A DNA stretch of 64,000 bases from Podarcis vaucheri (taxonomy: Eukaryota): the NCBI GenBank assembly GCA_965113315.1, contig OZ220367.1; one strand, 5' to 3'. Positions 25,401-35,535 of the stretch are shown piece by piece. The stretch's first letter is position 1, and each line of letters opens with the position of its first letter. The notes beneath the pieces are model-generated. The model did not search any database. It saw only the letters and a list, made by a program, of their open reading frames with translations, and was not told where the DNA came from. A program made the translations under genes and the position numbers.

Positions 25401-26205
25401 TAAAGTAGTCTATCAATTTTTTCTTAGCCTCCTGAACAAGCTTCTGGTCAGCTAAGAGATAATCATTAAGTCGCCATCTGAATGATCTTTCTTCATATCC
25501 TTTAACCTCCATTTTTATTGGGCTGTGGTCTGATATTGTTTTTGGTTGTATCTCAATCTGTCGAATTCTTGGAGTTAGCTCACTGGAAACCCAGATTTGA
25601 TCAATTCTTGATAAAGACTTGTTTGGTTCCGAATAAAACGTAAATTGCTTCTCCAACGGATGTCGAAGTCTCCATATATCAATTAAATTAAAGTTTTTTA
25701 TCATAGTAAAGAAAGTCTTGGGCAATTTTCCTTCTCTACTTACGTCTTTTTCTCTAAATCTATCGATTTCCAACGAGACCACCCCATTCATATCCCCCAT
25801 AAGTATCATTTTTTGGTCCATGTATTCAAACAATTTCTCTTCCAAGTTTTTATAAAAATCAGTTTTATTTCCATTAGGTGCATATATCCCAACAATTATT
25901 ATTTTTTCTCCTTGCCATTTAATCTGTATTGCAATTATTCTACCTTCTTCATCTTTGAAGATTTGTTGCGCCTCAATGTTCTTTTTTACATATAATACAA
26001 CCCCTCTCTTTTTCCCTTTATCAGAGGACACAAATTCGTTTCCTAATCTATTGTTAATCAATATTTTCCTGTGCTTCTTTGCCACGTGTGTTTCTTGGAG
26101 GCAGATAATATCAAGATTTTTCTTTTTTAGGCATTGTTCGATTTTGTTTCGTTTTTTCTTGTCATTCATACCGTTAATATTCCAATTCCATAATTTTAGC
26201 GCCAT
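22441..26205 (-). CDS. L1 ORF2p: APE-type endonuclease, reverse transcriptase and C-terminal zinc knuckle (1254 aa, uninterrupted)
   Basis: EN motifs WNING, LQETH, GIYAPN, GDMN, SRIDQ, SDH. RT motifs KAPGPDG, YRPISLLNTDYK, DAEKAFD, GTRQGCPLSPLLF, FADD, YLG. C-terminal CWKC...HMWWEC. Confidence 0.97.
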   Translation of the reverse strand: MALKLWNWNINGMNDKKKRNKIEQCLKKKNLDIICLQETHVAKKHRKILINNRLGNEFVSSDKGKKRGVVLYVKKNIEAQQIFKDEEGRIIAIQIKWQGEKIIIVGIYAPNGNKTDFYKNLEEKLFEYMDQKMILMGDMNGVVSLEIDRFREKDVSREGKLPKTFFTMIKNFNLIDIWRLRHPLEKQFTFYSEPNKSLSRIDQIWVSSELTPRIRQIEIQPKTISDHSPIKMEVKGYEERSFRWRLNDYLLADQKLVQEAKKKLIDYFTDNMNKGTKMSIVWDASKAVIRGFFIQQNAIKNKNREKGKKEILKQIMDNEVKLTKNPNSSKIKENIKVLQAQFAMIINKEVEWNIKRLRQKNFEFANKSGKWLAWQIKKRKEQNTVNKIILEGEEVENPKAIRKGFLDFYKHLYNNREKNNMRKIERFLKEKDVKKIPTDKKDRLNAPIVNEEIIEIIKELKKGKAPGPDGLTSSYYKELRHALIVPIKEVMNNILQQQDIPGTWREAFITLIPKQDTDLTQVKNYRPISLLNTDYKIFAGILAKRLKKILQEIIHVDQAGFLPGRQMRDNVRNIINILEYLSVRTEKQALLMFVDAEKAFDNVSWEFMLKNLEMMEVGNEFYNGIRAIYSEQRAKLIVNNVYTEEFKISKGTRQGCPLSPLLFITVLEVLLGSIRNNDNIKGVTVGKNEYKIKAFADDIVITIEEPKNSLNEALKEIEEFGKMAGFTLNKKKTKLMAKNIDLTLVDELQRESGIDVAKKVKYLGIWLTPKNIDLYQNNYTQVWNGIKKDLETWGRMKLSFWGRISAVKMCVLPKMIFLFQMIPIIRGISVFKDWQRTLSRYIWQGKKPRIQFKLLTDAKERGGFALPDLKLYYEASCLCWLKEWIKLNNNKLLDLEGHDNRLGWHAYLWREKKKIHQSFTNHVIRGSIIEVWDRYKNILEFKTPHWLSPLEVMSVKKTNMRSNWITYGDLVVKEGEKWKFKPYEQVKEQVYDWLHYFQANAMFNKDLKERGYIEKVSKFQLEIIDNDVKIISKMYKILLEWQTKDEEIKSVMIKWARDLGHSIQLEDWEKVWNENMKFTACTALKENIMKMVYRWYITPAKLSKMYKTCNKCWKCKEKEGSLFHMWWECRKVRGFWDSIYCELKKIFSYSFVKKPESFLLGITGREIKRRDYKLFQYAVTAARILMAQRWRQEEMPTLSDWRMKLIDYAELDKLTGRIRYQKDQKFTEDWGKFAAYLGTICDQQTTLVGFKETL

Positions 26206-26224
26206 CTTTTTCCAAATTAAGTTA

Positions 26225-26263
26225 TTTATCTAATTGATTTATCTAATTGATTTATCTAATTGA
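26225..26263. repeat. Three perfect copies of a 13-bp unit (tttatctaattga) in the L1 inter-ORF spacer
   Basis: Copies at 26225-26237, 26238-26250 and 26251-26263. Confidence 0.95.
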
Positions 26264-27298
26264 TTATAGTCCGACTTCTTCCTGTTCCTCTCCCTCCTCC
26301 TCCTCCTCCTCCTCCTCCTCCTCCTCCGGTTCTCTGTCTTCCCTTTCCTTTTCCACCCAATACCTCCTCTCCAGTGGATCGACTCCTCCAACTGCTCCTC
26401 TTTCTTCTTCCTCCTCCACCATCAACTCCTTATATCGCCTCTGAAATTTACTTGTTTCCTCCGGGTTGATAATCCTATGTTTCTTGCTTTTGTAGGTAAA
26501 TGAGATCCCTTGAGGGAACTCCCATTTGAATTCAATCTTGTTTTTCTTGAGAATTTGGACCAATTGCTTGTATGGGTCTCTTCGTTTCAAAAGTCTTACT
26601 GGAATATCTTTGAAAATGATTATGTAATTCCCATCAATATTTAGCCTTTTTTCTCTATTTTTTTGTAGAATTAGGCTTCTCATGTCTTTATCTTTAAAAG
26701 TAATCAAACAGTCTCCCGGCGTTTTCTTTATTCTAGATGTTCTTGTTCTTATTCTGAATGCATTTTGAACCGATCTTTCTACTTCTTCTTTTTGTATTGC
26801 CAACCATCGTGCTATTTCTATTATCAGTTTCTCTCTGATGTTTTCGCCTTGTATTTCAGGGACTGCTCTCAACCTAAGATTTACCTCCCGTTGCCTCAAT
26901 TCATTCATCGCGATTGCGTCCCATAATTCTTCTTGTGTTTTATTAACTTCCGATAATCCTACTTTTAGTTTTTCTTCCTCCCGTTTCACTTCCTTCATTT
27001 CTACTCTTGTTTTTTTCATTCCTTCTTCCAGAGATTGTGTTCTTTTGGAAATATCTTTAATTTGACCTCTTAGCTCTTTTACAGTTTCCTCTATCTTTTG
27101 GTCCATTTTCCCAATTCTCATATCCACCTGTTCTATTCTTGTATTCACATGCTCCAATTTGTCCTCCATATTCTTTTCACTCTGTCTAATTTCAGCAAAC
27201 ATTTTCAAAATTTCTGTCTTAAAATCTGCATCTGGTTTAGATCCCCTCCTATCTCCTGGTGTCCCGCCCTCTGCACCCTTCTTAGGCACGTGAGACAT
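26264..27298 (-). CDS. L1 ORF1p (coiled coil, RRM, CTD, acidic tail; 344 aa from the first ATG)
   Basis: Heptad-rich N-terminal half, NLRLRAVPE RRM start, IIIFKDIP...KRR...L...I.F.W.FP CTD pattern. It lies directly upstream of ORF2. The first ATG is at 27298 (the ORF track starts at an upstream GTG, 27331). Confidence 0.9.
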   Translation of the reverse strand: MSHVPKKGAEGGTPGDRRGSKPDADFKTEILKMFAEIRQSEKNMEDKLEHVNTRIEQVDMRIGKMDQKIEETVKELRGQIKDISKRTQSLEEGMKKTRVEMKEVKREEEKLKVGLSEVNKTQEELWDAIAMNELRQREVNLRLRAVPEIQGENIREKLIIEIARWLAIQKEEVERSVQNAFRIRTRTSRIKKTPGDCLITFKDKDMRSLILQKNREKRLNIDGNYIIIFKDIPVRLLKRRDPYKQLVQILKKNKIEFKWEFPQGISFTYKSKKHRIINPEETSKFQRRYKELMVEEEEERGAVGGVDPLERRYWVEKEREDREPEEEEEEEEEEEGEEQEEVGL

Positions 27299-29519
27299 CC
27301 TTCCAATATAGCCTTTAACGGCAATTAGCACCCCCTAGTATTGTTCAATTTTATGTCAGTTCCCTCCTTACTCACTCACAACCTTCGTAATATAGTTCCC
27401 AGTCCCAAATTCCTCTGGATTTAAGTTAGAAGAATCGATATTAACCTTTTTACCAAAGGTTGCCAAGTTCCTCCCCCAAATCGTGGAAGAGTGATTTGTT
27501 TCGTCTGGGAAGCTTCAAGGAAGAGAGGGGGGGAAGAAGGGGGGGAAAGGGAAAGAGTTTATACTCCGGTTATACCACGGGGGACTAGAGTCCCATATAG
27601 AGGGGAGTACAGAAGATCAAAGTTCAAAGTTCCAATCGCAGAAAGAGGCAGGAGAGAATCAATCCTCTGCCCCCAATTGGGGAATCCGTATAAGTTCTTT
27701 TAAAGTAGTTGTAAAACCTGGTTTAGTTCGGATTCCCAGCCGGGGAGTCAAGTGGTGCACAGATGGGAAGTGAGGTATTAGTTGCGTCCAAAAAGTTCCA
27801 TAGAGAGAAGGCAAGGGGAAGAAAAAAGCAGAGAAAGAGAACAGAACAGAAACCAAAAAATCTTCTTGCCACCAATTAGGCTAGTCCCTTTAGATATCGT
27901 AGTTTTCCCAATTATAGTCCGGTTTTGCCATAAAAAATTCCAGATGAGTGCATATAAATAATAAGAAGGAAAAAAAAAAAGTGAAGAAAAAAAGAGTTCC
28001 AAATTCAAGATTCAAGTCCTCTTCCCCCAGTCCAAAATTGAAATAGCAAAAACCAAAAGGGAGAATAAGAAAAAAAAAAAAAAAAAAAGGAGAAAAAAAA
28101 TATATAAAGATATGTATATATATAATAACCTTCTACCCCAGTTGGGCTATTCCTTGTAAGGTTTATAAAGTAATTGTAAAATTATTCAGTCCAGTTCAGT
28201 CTTTAAACAAAGAAGTCAGATAAAACACATATGATAATTTAGACTGATTGAAAAAAAAGATGTAACTTAGCTGTAATTACTCTTCTAGCCACTGGGTGTC
28301 CTAGATTCCTAAAGTTAGCTGGGTAAGCTACCAAAAAGAAAGGGGGGGGGAAGGAAAAAAAAAAGAAAAAAAACCCCTAGTATCGTGAAAAAGAGGGTTT
28401 CAACTACCTGTCCAGTTCCTCAATTCTCTGATGCCATTTAGAAACCAATACTTTGAATTAAGTCCAAGTGGGTTACATAAGAGGCACCCACACAAAGAAT
28501 TTTGCAGAGCAAGACAGGGACAGGAACGGAAATAGCCCGAAAAACTGACCGTATAATGGAGTCAAAAGCACTTCCTCTATTACGCAGCCTTTTTTTAAAA
28601 AATAAAAAAAAGAAAAAAAGGAGTTAAGGTTGTTCTTTTCAGCTTCTTCTTTCAAAGTTCCAAAAAGGACCTTAGAGTTCCCACTCTTAACCATCCGTTC
28701 CCCCCTTTTAGCTTAAGTTCTTCTTTCTCAATCGAAGAATTAGTTTGTATTAGACGGTTTGTAGCAGCTTTGAGGGGGGAAAGAAACTGTAGCCGCTAGC
28801 GGCAACACATTTTCACTTTCGGCAACTTTGCTTCTCCAACGCGTACAAATTGATTGGAGATAGCGCTGGTCTCGTAGGTAAATATGATCCACCGGTGCTT
28901 TCCTTAATACCCCTGGTTTGTCTTGGAATTGTTTTGAGCCCGGGTTCCTTAATTTCGAGAATTGTGAGCTCCCCCGGCAAGCTCGGGGCTTCGTTTTCCG
29001 GAGTTAGCTATGGCTTCCCCTTAGCCCGCTTCTCCTCCCCGCCGCTCTCTTCGCTCCGTGGAGTTACCTGACGGCCAGGTGGTCTGCGTTTTGGCTCTCC
29101 GCGGGAGCCTGAGTGTCTGTACACCCTCCAGACACTACTTCGGGGGGTCGCTGCGCCCTAAGACCCCCCTTAATCCTCCGAAAAACCCGGGATTCTCCGC
29201 CTGGAAGCAATCCCCGCTTGCTATGGCGTCGCTCACAACCGGAAGCTCCAGCACTATCTTCTTTGTTCTTGCCTCCTACCCACCCTCCTCACTAAGGAAA
29301 AAAATCCTCTGCGAGACAAAGGGAGTGCCAGCTGTGTTAGCTCCATGTGGCTGGTGGGCAACAACAGCTGAGTGATGACAGGTTGCCTTGGGGATGCCAA
29401 GGAACGCCTTTGTCGGTGCTGGTATGGCAGCCCCCAATCTAAGCAACTTATACACTGGATGACAGTAAACCCACCAACAAATCACAGAACATGTCTGTAG
29501 GCACAGAAGTGACATATGA

Positions 29520-29592
29520 ATAGATCACAGAATTTTAGAGTTGGAAAGGTACCCTTAGGATCATCTAGTCTAACCCCCCTGCAATGCAGGAA
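29520..29592 (-). mobile_element. CR1 LINE 3' end fragment
   Basis: tagagttggaaaggtacccttaggatcatctagtctaacccccctgcaatgcaggaat is the reverse complement of the CR1 3' end at 63380-63447. Confidence 0.7.
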
Positions 29593-29799
29593 TAGGCAGC
29601 TGTCACAAATTGATGATGGTTTTCAGTGGATCCTTTGTCAAAATTAGGAGCACCTGTAAGGATGATTTGATGAGTGGGGAAAGAAACCATGAAAAAAGTA
29701 TATAGCATTCAGACTATTCTAATGAATCTGGCATGCGCATTTACACTCACATTCTTTTTCTCTTTCTTGATTTCCTTCCTTTTCCCTCTCTCCTGACGC

Positions 29800-30020
29800 T
29801 TGTAGTGCCGTTCATTCCCCACAGTGGCACCTGCCCTGTGGAACACCCTCCCAGCAGATGTCAAGGCAATAAGCAACCATTTTACTTTTAAAAGACAACT
29901 GAAAGCGGCCCTGTTTAGGGAAGTTTTTAATGTTTGATGCTGTATTGTTTTTAATATGCGGTTGGAAGCTGCCCAGGGTGGCTGGGGAATAAATAAATTA
30001 TTTTTATTATTATTATTACT
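29800..30020 (+). mobile_element. L2-like LINE 3' fragment
   Basis: gtggcacctgccctgtggaacaccctccc...gccctgtttagggaagtttttaatgtttga...gcccagggtggctgggg followed by a (TTA)n tail. Same family as 990-1370. Confidence 0.6.
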
Positions 30021-33003
30021 ACCACCACTACTACTCATTTTTACTTCATTTTTCCCTCCCCTTTCCCTCCTCATTCAGTTACTCCACTTTCCAGTTACAC
30101 AAATTCTGATTTGATAATTGAAAATCATATAGAGCTGAAAGAGGAAGTGAAAAAGAGCATTACTCTTCTAATTTTGTTCTTAAGTTCTAGTACTTTCGGA
30201 GGGGTGGTGGTGTGGTAACCACCCTCATCACAAAGTGGGTAGTGAGCCAGGGATAGGACACTATTGCGTGTCACATGGAGTATCACATTGGCCACTCCAG
30301 TTGTGAACAAACATGGCAATTTAAAATCTTTTAAAATATTCTGAAATGCACAGTCCTCTGTTATAGGCAAATTGTTTGTAATGCATTTTATTAATATCAA
30401 ACAAGTGCATGTAAATCTTACATAGCTGATCCTAAAACATTAAGCCAGTTCATTTTGTTCTTTAAATTGCACCCAGAAACCCTCCTAATCAAAGCATTTC
30501 TTTGTTGAACATAGCCTCATTTTTTGCACTTTAATTACTTCATTTTCTTTTTTATTACAACGATTACATGGCATTGAAACAACTCTGAAAGGCTTTTTCC
30601 TCTGGCTCTCAGAGAACTCAAATGTCTGAGCATCTTTCAGAATGTATTAGAGAAAAGCTTTAAATGGCCAGGATAAGCAAGGGTTTATTTTAGGAGTATG
30701 TGTTAGCCCTTGTTGATAGGGTGAGGTAAAAATCAAGTAAGTTAGTATGCTACATACAGGAAACACAAACGACCAAGGTCTGCCACTCTAGAAGCATAAG
30801 CTTAGTGTAACTAAATCCTAGTGGTTTATGCAAGTTAGCTGTGCCACAAGTTATGTGGTAAGGTGAAAAAACACCAGCTCATCAGCCAGTTGATCCCCAG
30901 GGAAAACTGCAATCTGGCTCCGGATATGGGTCATGAAAGCAGGATTTGCAGCTCTGCCTGCCTGCCTGCAATCTCTGATTCTTCAAGGGGGAAAAGAAAG
31001 TAAAAAATAAAATAAAATAATCTTAAAGTCATGGTCATTGTCTTAGGTTCTTACACTTGGTTCTAGATAAACTCCTCATCCCTTATATATAATCAGCTTA
31101 ATTTTGGATACATGGGTCCTTTTAACCCTATTGTTTTTGGGCCATCAGAAGTCAAATGCTCACACATCCAGGAGAAAGTCCAGCAATGTTGACTATTACT
31201 GGTGTGGGGACCCCATATTTGACAGTCTTTTGTGCTGATTTGTGTGAGTTCACACATTTTACAGTGTCTTGCACCCAAGGAAAGCTTTGGGCTGGATGTG
31301 ATTCAATGCCACCTTGTTGAGGACACTGTCCTGGATCTGTGGGTATATGATTTATGGTGCCCAAAAATATTTTGGGGTCACACACAGTTTCTTAGTCATT
31401 CCTATGTTCTTGGACTATATTTGGCATGTGAATGCTATATTTTGACACTGACTTGCACTGAAGGAAAGTGTTGGGCTGGATTCAAATACCATCTTATAAA
31501 AGAAATTTGAATGCTTCTTTTGGGATGATTCAAAACTTACGACGGGGCGTACAGCCCAACTTATTAATTTTTAAATTGTTATCTGAGGTCATTGTGCATT
31601 CATGACCATTACACATGCACAACAATTTTGACTGGGGAAAATTATTCTGGAACTGAAAGGAGACAATCTGCCAGTCATGGAAACGTGATTCAGGGATATA
31701 AAAACTTTAGGTCACTTTTTTAAAAGGTTTTCTAAATAAGAATCGATTCTGTGACAATATTCAGGGCTGTGTACAGTCTGAAATGGCACAATAAAGCAAA
31801 TGTAAAATCAATACAATAAAAGCTGAAGACTTTTTGAAACAGCAACACTATCCGAGACCTAAAGGCTAAAATACTCATTGAGACTTTTAAAAGAAGCTTT
31901 AGGTGGAGATATTCTGGATAACTATTATACTCTGGGCATAGCCCAACGTTGAATATGCATCAATTGCTGTACCCACAGATAGGCTATTCCATTGCAGTGG
32001 TTCTATTTCTTGTAGTGAGGAAGCTGCTTTGTTTCTTCATTACTAAGAAGTCACAGATGTGTGAAAAGTAGGCCACAGGTCGAAGGCTGCATGCCCCCTG
32101 CATGCGCAAATTGAAAGTGACAGACACCTCTATGCTCTGCCAGTAATTTGCCTCCATGTTAAATGCCTATGAAGCAGTAATTAAAATGAAAAGTTCTTGG
32201 GTCCTGCCAACAGACAGATTGAGTTATTTATGGTAGAAGCAGCCACTAACAGTAATTGCAGCACATCCTTGAACAAATACAAGTTTTTTTCATTCAAGAA
32301 TAGCGCCAGGCTGACAGGGGTCAGGAGGTCAAGCCCACTCAAACAAGAGGCCAAAGAAAGGCAAAATCAGTGTTCTGTTCATCTTAACACAGAATCTGTA
32401 TTGTCTATATTAACTACCTAGGTGTCCAAATTGCTGTTTATTCCTCTGAGACCTAGTTAGGCCCTATTAATCATTTCAAAAACATCACTGTGAGATTACT
32501 AAAAGCTGCTACATTTTAATATAACCATGTTTGCCCACTTTGTTTCTGAAGTGTACTTCAAAATGGTAGAGCAAATTTTACTGCCTTCCTTTTTATGCAG
32601 TTGAGCAAACATTGGAAAAGTGTTTTCTAGACAGCTTTGTATTTAAAGAAAAATCTTTTTTTTCTAGTAGATGTTTGTGCACTGGTGTGTTAGAATGGAA
32701 TTACTATCATTTTTTTAAAATTCTAAGTTCTACAGCAATTTCACATTTTTAGCTACATAGATGTTATCAATCAGCTAGTTGTCAACTATTAATTTTAAAA
32801 TGTTGTATAGTTATCCAATGGATTAAAATACAAATAGGTCATATTTTAGTCTTTTAAATATACTTGTACATGTTTTATCACTTCAAGCTTTTACTGTATC
32901 TTGTCCATTTGATACCCTCCTACCGTTTTCAGGGTTTGGGGAAATTGCATAATTTTATTCATCTGTTCAAAAATGCAATTTTGTTTCGTTTCTTTTTTTC
33001 CAG

Positions 33004-33150
33004 AAAACAAATTGGAATAATTAAACCATTGCTTCAACTGGCCACCAAGTCTTCTAGCAGATTTTGCTAAACAGTCCAGCTTAGAACTTGTCAAGCAGCA
33101 GGGCAGTTTGCCAAAGTTGACAGTGCACAGGAAGGATTTATATTCGAACA
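33004..33150 (+). other. BMPR1A: BMPR1A 5'UTR part of the first coding exon
   Basis: Strong acceptor ttgtttcgtttctttttttccag| ending at 33003. The sequence aaagttgacagtgcacaggaa...gaacaATG resembles the mammalian leader as I recall it. Confidence 0.75.
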
Positions 33151-33217
33151 ATGATTTGTCTGAAAGTTTACATCAGATTGCTGGGGTTCTATGCAGTCAT
33201 CATTTCTCAAGTTCAAG
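33151..33217 (+). CDS. BMPR1A: BMPR1A coding exon 1 (signal peptide MICLKVYIRLLGFYAVIISQVQG)
   Basis: ATG in acaATGa context, 67 nt, donor G|gtaaag. Matches the BMPR1A signal peptide pattern YIRLLG..IIS.VQG. Confidence 0.92.
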
Positions 33218-33769
33218 GTAAAGTCATACTTGTAAAACGTTTGAAAAAGAAAGTTTTTTGATGTATGGAATGTTCATGTGCATAGCCAACATTTTATGTT
33301 TTAACTGCAGTCAGAAATAAATGCAGATAAGCTGCTGTAGTTTTTGAAACGTAGAAACAACATGAAAGCTGTTGAAATGGAAGACTTTTTGTGCACACCT
33401 GAAAATGGTTTCCATCTTTTTCAGCAACTCTCAAACCCTCTGCTTTGAAACAAAAAACATCAGTTACATTTTTACAGAAAGGGAGATTTCTAACATAACT
33501 TTCATACAGAGTCTATGAAACTGTCTGTTGTTAACAGGACATGCTGCCTACCTTTTAGTACTATGATCCCACTTTATTGGTAATATATAAGAGCTGGTTA
33601 CCAAGAAGCAGGTTTTCTTGGTTAGTCTTCTATTTCAAAACCAGTACTTGGGGGGGGGGGCTGGTTAACTATAATAGACCTTAGTACTGAAAGCTGGGAA
33701 ATGTTTTGATTTGGTACATGCTTCTTAATTGACTTTCATTGACATGTTAAGATTTTGCTATAAAAAAAT

Positions 33770-33842
33770 ATTCCAGGTTCTGTTTGATGTTTTAATTTGT
33801 TGGAAGCCTCCCAGGCTGGAGCAACCCAGTTAGATGGGTGGC

Positions 33843-33880
<38 letters not shown>
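33770..33880 (+). mobile_element. L2-like 3' end with (TAA)n microsatellite tail
   Basis: gttggaagcctcccaggctggagcaacccagttagatgggtggc followed by (TAA)n at ~33844-33880. Confidence 0.6.
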
Positions 33881-35372
33881 TTGTTATTATTTATGCAGTT
33901 CATACTAAACTCAATGATAAAATTCCTTTGTATTTTAAATGGTGCAGCATTTGCATCTGTTGACTAATTTCCATCTCTATGGACAGTCTTAATTCAGTGA
34001 AAGCTTCAGATATTTCTGAGTTAATGTGGCGGCTATAATATTTTTAGACGAAAGGCCCTAAAAGAAAAAGGGCACAGTGCACTTAAGGAATCTAAGCTAT
34101 CAAGTTCTTTCCTCACACAGGGAAGATTACCTAGTGAATAGCACACGATGCTAGTCAGAAGAGTCTGCTAGCCTCCTTTTGACAAGGAGGGAATCAGGGT
34201 AGATATGGTTGTTTTTATGAGACTAATTACTTGAGACTAATTGCAAAGTCATTATTCAGGTATAGGCCTCTCTGAATCACCCAGAAGACTATGTAAACCG
34301 TGAGCTGAGTCATGGAAAAAGTCAATCAACTGAAATTTATAGGCATAGGCGAAGGTTCATTTAAGCGAGAAAGCAAAGATGTTAGAGATATCCAAAGATA
34401 CCTGCCTGTTTTATTTATTTAAAGTATTTAAATACTGCTGCTCAGTTCAACCTCATTAAGTGGTTCACAAAAGAATATCACAACAGGCATCATTTTAAAA
34501 AGTTACAATAAAATGGAAATGCAACTGGTTGTTTAGAAGAAGCAGTAACAACGTTATTTGGCTCCTGGACTCCGTTGAGCATGCTCAGTCCTTGGAGGGC
34601 ACAATGTTGGTGAAGGCTAACTTAGATTCTGTGCCCATTATGGTAATAGTAATTGAAATAATATTCTGATTTTATGAATATTTGTTAGAGGAAACTCAGT
34701 TTAATCTGAGAGATGTGGCCTTCCCAACCTTGTGCCCCCCAGATGTTTGGACTACAACTCTCATCAGCCTCAGCCAGTGCAGCCAATATTCAGGGATGAT
34801 GGGAATTGTAGTCCAATAACATCTGGAATGCCACAGGTTCCTCACCCCTGCTATAGAAGTATTCCTACGCATGATCCTAAGCAAAGTAGAAGTTTGTACA
34901 AATTTAGTAGGAATAAAAACTCAACAACCAAATGAAAATTTTAAACACCTTACTTTTTGAGATAATGTCAAAAAAAGAGAAATGCATTTGGAATTCATTT
35001 CCATAAAATTTCATATAATTATCAGGACAGAACTAACATTTATGTTATTAAAACATAAGTATTGTATTATGCTCAGCTGCCTGCAATATCAGAATGTTAA
35101 CATTGATATTTCAATTACCTATGCTAATTTATGTTTATGCTTGTTAATTTGAAAGTTAGATTTTAAAAAAATTAAAAAGAAATCTGTGGTGGTTCACTTA
35201 CAGGTAAATAAGTTTTCAAGTTAGGTTTTAAGTATGCAAATGAGCATTCCAGGTTTGCTTTGGGACCAAAACAGAAGGACTATACAGAGGCTACTGCAGC
35301 CGAGAGTTCTAAACCTTCAGTGTAACCCTGCCTTCCGAAACAAACCATTATTTTTGTATCTACATTATACAG

Positions 35373-35535
35373 GGCAGAATCTAGACAGCATGCTCCATGG
35401 GACAGGGATGAAGACTGATCCTGATCAGAAAAAGCAGGAAGATGGAGTCACCCTAGCTCCAGAGGACACGTTGCCCTTTTTGCAGTGCTACTGCTCAGGG
35501 CACTGTCCAGAAAATGCCATTAACAATACATGCAA
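35373..35535 (+). CDS. BMPR1A: BMPR1A coding exon 2 ([15 protein letters not shown]...[17 protein letters not shown])
   Basis: ag|...|gtaagt, 163 nt, activin-receptor-type ectodomain start. Confidence 0.97.

Larger units (their letters stand above)
22239..29248 (-). mobile_element. Full-length L1-clade LINE retrotransposon (~7.0 kb), antisense within a BMPR1A intron
   Basis: 19-bp TSD cagcactatcttctttgtt at 22220-22238 and 29249-29267. CpG-rich 5' end starting GAGCTTCCGGTT, ORF1, ORF2, ~200-nt 3'UTR with AATAAA (22259-22254) and a short A-rich tail. Confidence 0.95.

Noticed and set aside
23669-27328. Several + strand ORFs of 60-141 aa overlapping the L1
   Set aside because: They are antisense shadows of the A-rich L1 ORF1 and ORF2 (F/L/S/I-rich, poly-S, poly-P), with no independent coding signal.
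28850-29375. Antisense ORFs in the L1 5'UTR as an ORF0 equivalent
   Set aside because: They start at TTG/GTG rather than ATG, are low-information and GC-driven, and 29058-29375 runs out of the element into flanking DNA.
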